From assembly GCA_963666735.1 (NCBI GenBank), contig OY762926.1, positions 544,001 through 608,000 of the forward strand: a stretch of 64,000 nt of DNA. The letters run 5' to 3'. This document shows, in pieces, positions 62,491 to 64,000 of this stretch (positions within the stretch are counted from its first letter, which is position 1; each line of letters opens with the position of its first letter). A program made the translations under genes and the position numbers. Under the pieces are notes generated by a model. It saw nothing but the letters and a program-made list of their open reading frames with translations. It searched no databases and had not been told where the DNA came from. Origin of the DNA: Gemmatimonadota bacterium (GTDB lineage: Bacteria; Gemmatimonadota; Gemmatimonadetes; Palauibacterales; Palauibacteraceae).

Positions 62491-63657
62491 ATGAAGCGAA
62501 GGGCGTTTCTCCGAACCGGACTCACGGGCGCCGGCGTGGCCGGCATCGCCGCCGCACCGCTTGCCGCACCCCTCGCGGGCGCTACGGCGGCGCACGGCCT
62601 CGACACCATCTTCAATCCGCGCCGGCCCGGACGTGACTACAACGGCCCCGTCCGGCTGAGTTCGAACGAGAACCCGCTCGGCATCGCGCCGTCCGCGCGG
62701 CAGGCGATCATCGACGGACTCGACGAGGCGAACCGCTATCCCGGCGCGACCGGCGAACTCGTGCGCGAGGCGCTCGTCGCGCGCCTCGGCGTCAAGCCGG
62801 GCCAGCTCTTCTTCGGCTCCGGCTCGACCGAGATCCTGCGCATCGCCGCGGCGGCGTGGGCGGCGCCCGGCGGACGCCTCATATACGCCGAGCCGACGTA
62901 CGAGGACGTCCCCAGGTACTCGCAGCCGTTCGCCTACGATCACGTCACGGTTCCGCTCACGAGCGACTACGCCCACGACATCGACCGGATGCGCGAAGAG
63001 GCCGCCAAGTCGTCCGCGCCGAGCGTGATCTACTTCTGCAACCCGAACAACCCCACCGGCACGCTCACCTCGACCGGGCCGATCATGGACTGGATCCGCG
63101 ACGAGAGCGAGCAGCACCTCTTCCTCGTCGACGAGGCCTACTTCGAACTCGCGGACGATCCCGGCTACGAGACCTTCGTCCCGCTCATCGAGCGCCATCC
63201 GAACCTGATCGTGGCCCGCACCTTCTCCAAGGTGTACGCCATGGCCGGGATTCGGCTCGGCTACGGGATCGCGCACGAGGCCACCGTTCAGCGCGTCCTC
63301 CCGTTCGCGACGCGGAACGCGCCCAACCACGTCGCGGGCGTGGCGGCCGTCGCCTCGCTCGCCGACGAGGAGTTCTTCGAGAAGAGCGTGAAGACGAACG
63401 ACGAGGCGAAGGCGATGATGTACGAAGCCCTTGGGCAACTCGACATCGAGGTGCTGCCGAGCCACACGAACTTCATCATGCACCGCATCAAGGGAGAACT
63501 CGCGACCTACAACGACCGCATGTTCGAGGCCGGGTTCAACGTGGGACGCCCGTTCCCGCCCATGACCGACTGGAGCCGGCTCTCGATGGGCCTCCCCTCG
63601 GACATGGAGAAGCTCGCCGAGGTCATGATGGACTTCCGCAAGAAGGACTGGATCTAG
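62491..63657 (+). CDS. PLP-dependent class I/II aminotransferase (HisC-like) with twin-arginine signal
   Basis: MKRRAFLRTG TAT motif, LSSNENP, NPNNPTG, DEAY, RTFSKVYAMAGIRLGY; RBS GGAGG. Confidence 0.92.
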   Translation: MKRRAFLRTGLTGAGVAGIAAAPLAAPLAGATAAHGLDTIFNPRRPGRDYNGPVRLSSNENPLGIAPSARQAIIDGLDEANRYPGATGELVREALVARLGVKPGQLFFGSGSTEILRIAAAAWAAPGGRLIYAEPTYEDVPRYSQPFAYDHVTVPLTSDYAHDIDRMREEAAKSSAPSVIYFCNPNNPTGTLTSTGPIMDWIRDESEQHLFLVDEAYFELADDPGYETFVPLIERHPNLIVARTFSKVYAMAGIRLGYGIAHEATVQRVLPFATRNAPNHVAGVAAVASLADEEFFEKSVKTNDEAKAMMYEALGQLDIEVLPSHTNFIMHRIKGELATYNDRMFEAGFNVGRPFPPMTDWSRLSMGLPSDMEKLAEVMMDFRKKDWI

Positions 63658-63803
63658 CTAAGCTAGTTTCTGGGAACCCGACCCCATTGGGGCCGAAGAG
63701 TTGACATGCGAGATCTTCGCCAGGACCGTTGCGTCTACGGGTTGAGACCGCCCATTCGATAAGTGCGTGAGGGGAGGCGCCTCCAGGAACGCGCCAGCTC
63801 CAG

Positions 63804-64000
63804 CTATTGGGGCGGAGGGGGCATCTCGGGGCAGTCCTCCCCGGCCAGCGATGGAGTAAAGAGTACCGCCCGCGGAACGAGGCCGTCTTCCCGGATCGTG
63901 TACAGTAGGGATTTGTCGCCTGTCCACCACAGCGCTTCATCATGCACGGTTCGAGCAACAAGGCGACCCGTCTGGACGTCGATCACTTCGACCACTCCAT
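63804..64000 (-). CDS. 3' end of a gene extending beyond the window, possibly another beta-propeller
   Basis: The frame is open to the window edge: GVVEVIDVQTGRLVART...LLYTIREDG resembles a terminal propeller blade. Confidence 0.45.
   Translation of the reverse strand, partial: GVVEVIDVQTGRLVARTVHDEALWWTGDKSLLYTIREDGLVPRAVLFTPSLAGEDCPEMPPPPQ

Noticed and set aside
62233..63483. N-terminal 417 aa of the 997-aa track ORF
   Set aside because: Mostly the antisense shadow of the aminotransferase; the AlbA_2 protein plausibly starts at ATG 62232.

Overview
GC-rich bacterial chromosomal segment. Gene content suggests Gemmatimonadota, possibly a Longimicrobiales/Palauibacter-like marine or sponge lineage (inference, not tested). 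It is mostly core genome: secD-secF-tatD-mutL-miaA-bshA-uppP-birA-coaX; groES-groEL with a perfect CIRCE; thrS / infC-rpmI-rplT-pheS-pheT-zapA-6S RNA-rny-folD-xseA-xseB-ispA-nadK-recN; tRNA-Cys(GCA) and tRNA-Leu(CAA). Interspersed are envelope and scavenging genes: a SusC/SusD pair with lipoproteins and a Met-zincin protease, a DASS transporter, three tandem paralogous HExxH lipoprotein peptidases, beta-propellers, a TAT amidase, a serine hydrolase, a BNR/VPS10 protein and a TAT aminotransferase. Three observations stand out. (1) A candidate two-gene anti-phage locus at 58.5-62.2 kb: a Schlafen/AlbA_2-HATPase protein with an unusual beta-sandwich tail, next to a coiled-coil protein with a RelE-like C-terminus. 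(2) In the peptidase triplet, copy 3 has no start codon or signal peptide and continues exactly in frame after the TGA of copy 2. (3) Two single-base frameshifts lie close together (cax and a DUF7662-like gene). No CRISPR array, rRNA, integrase or transposase was seen. All family assignments come from motifs read by eye; no searches were run.
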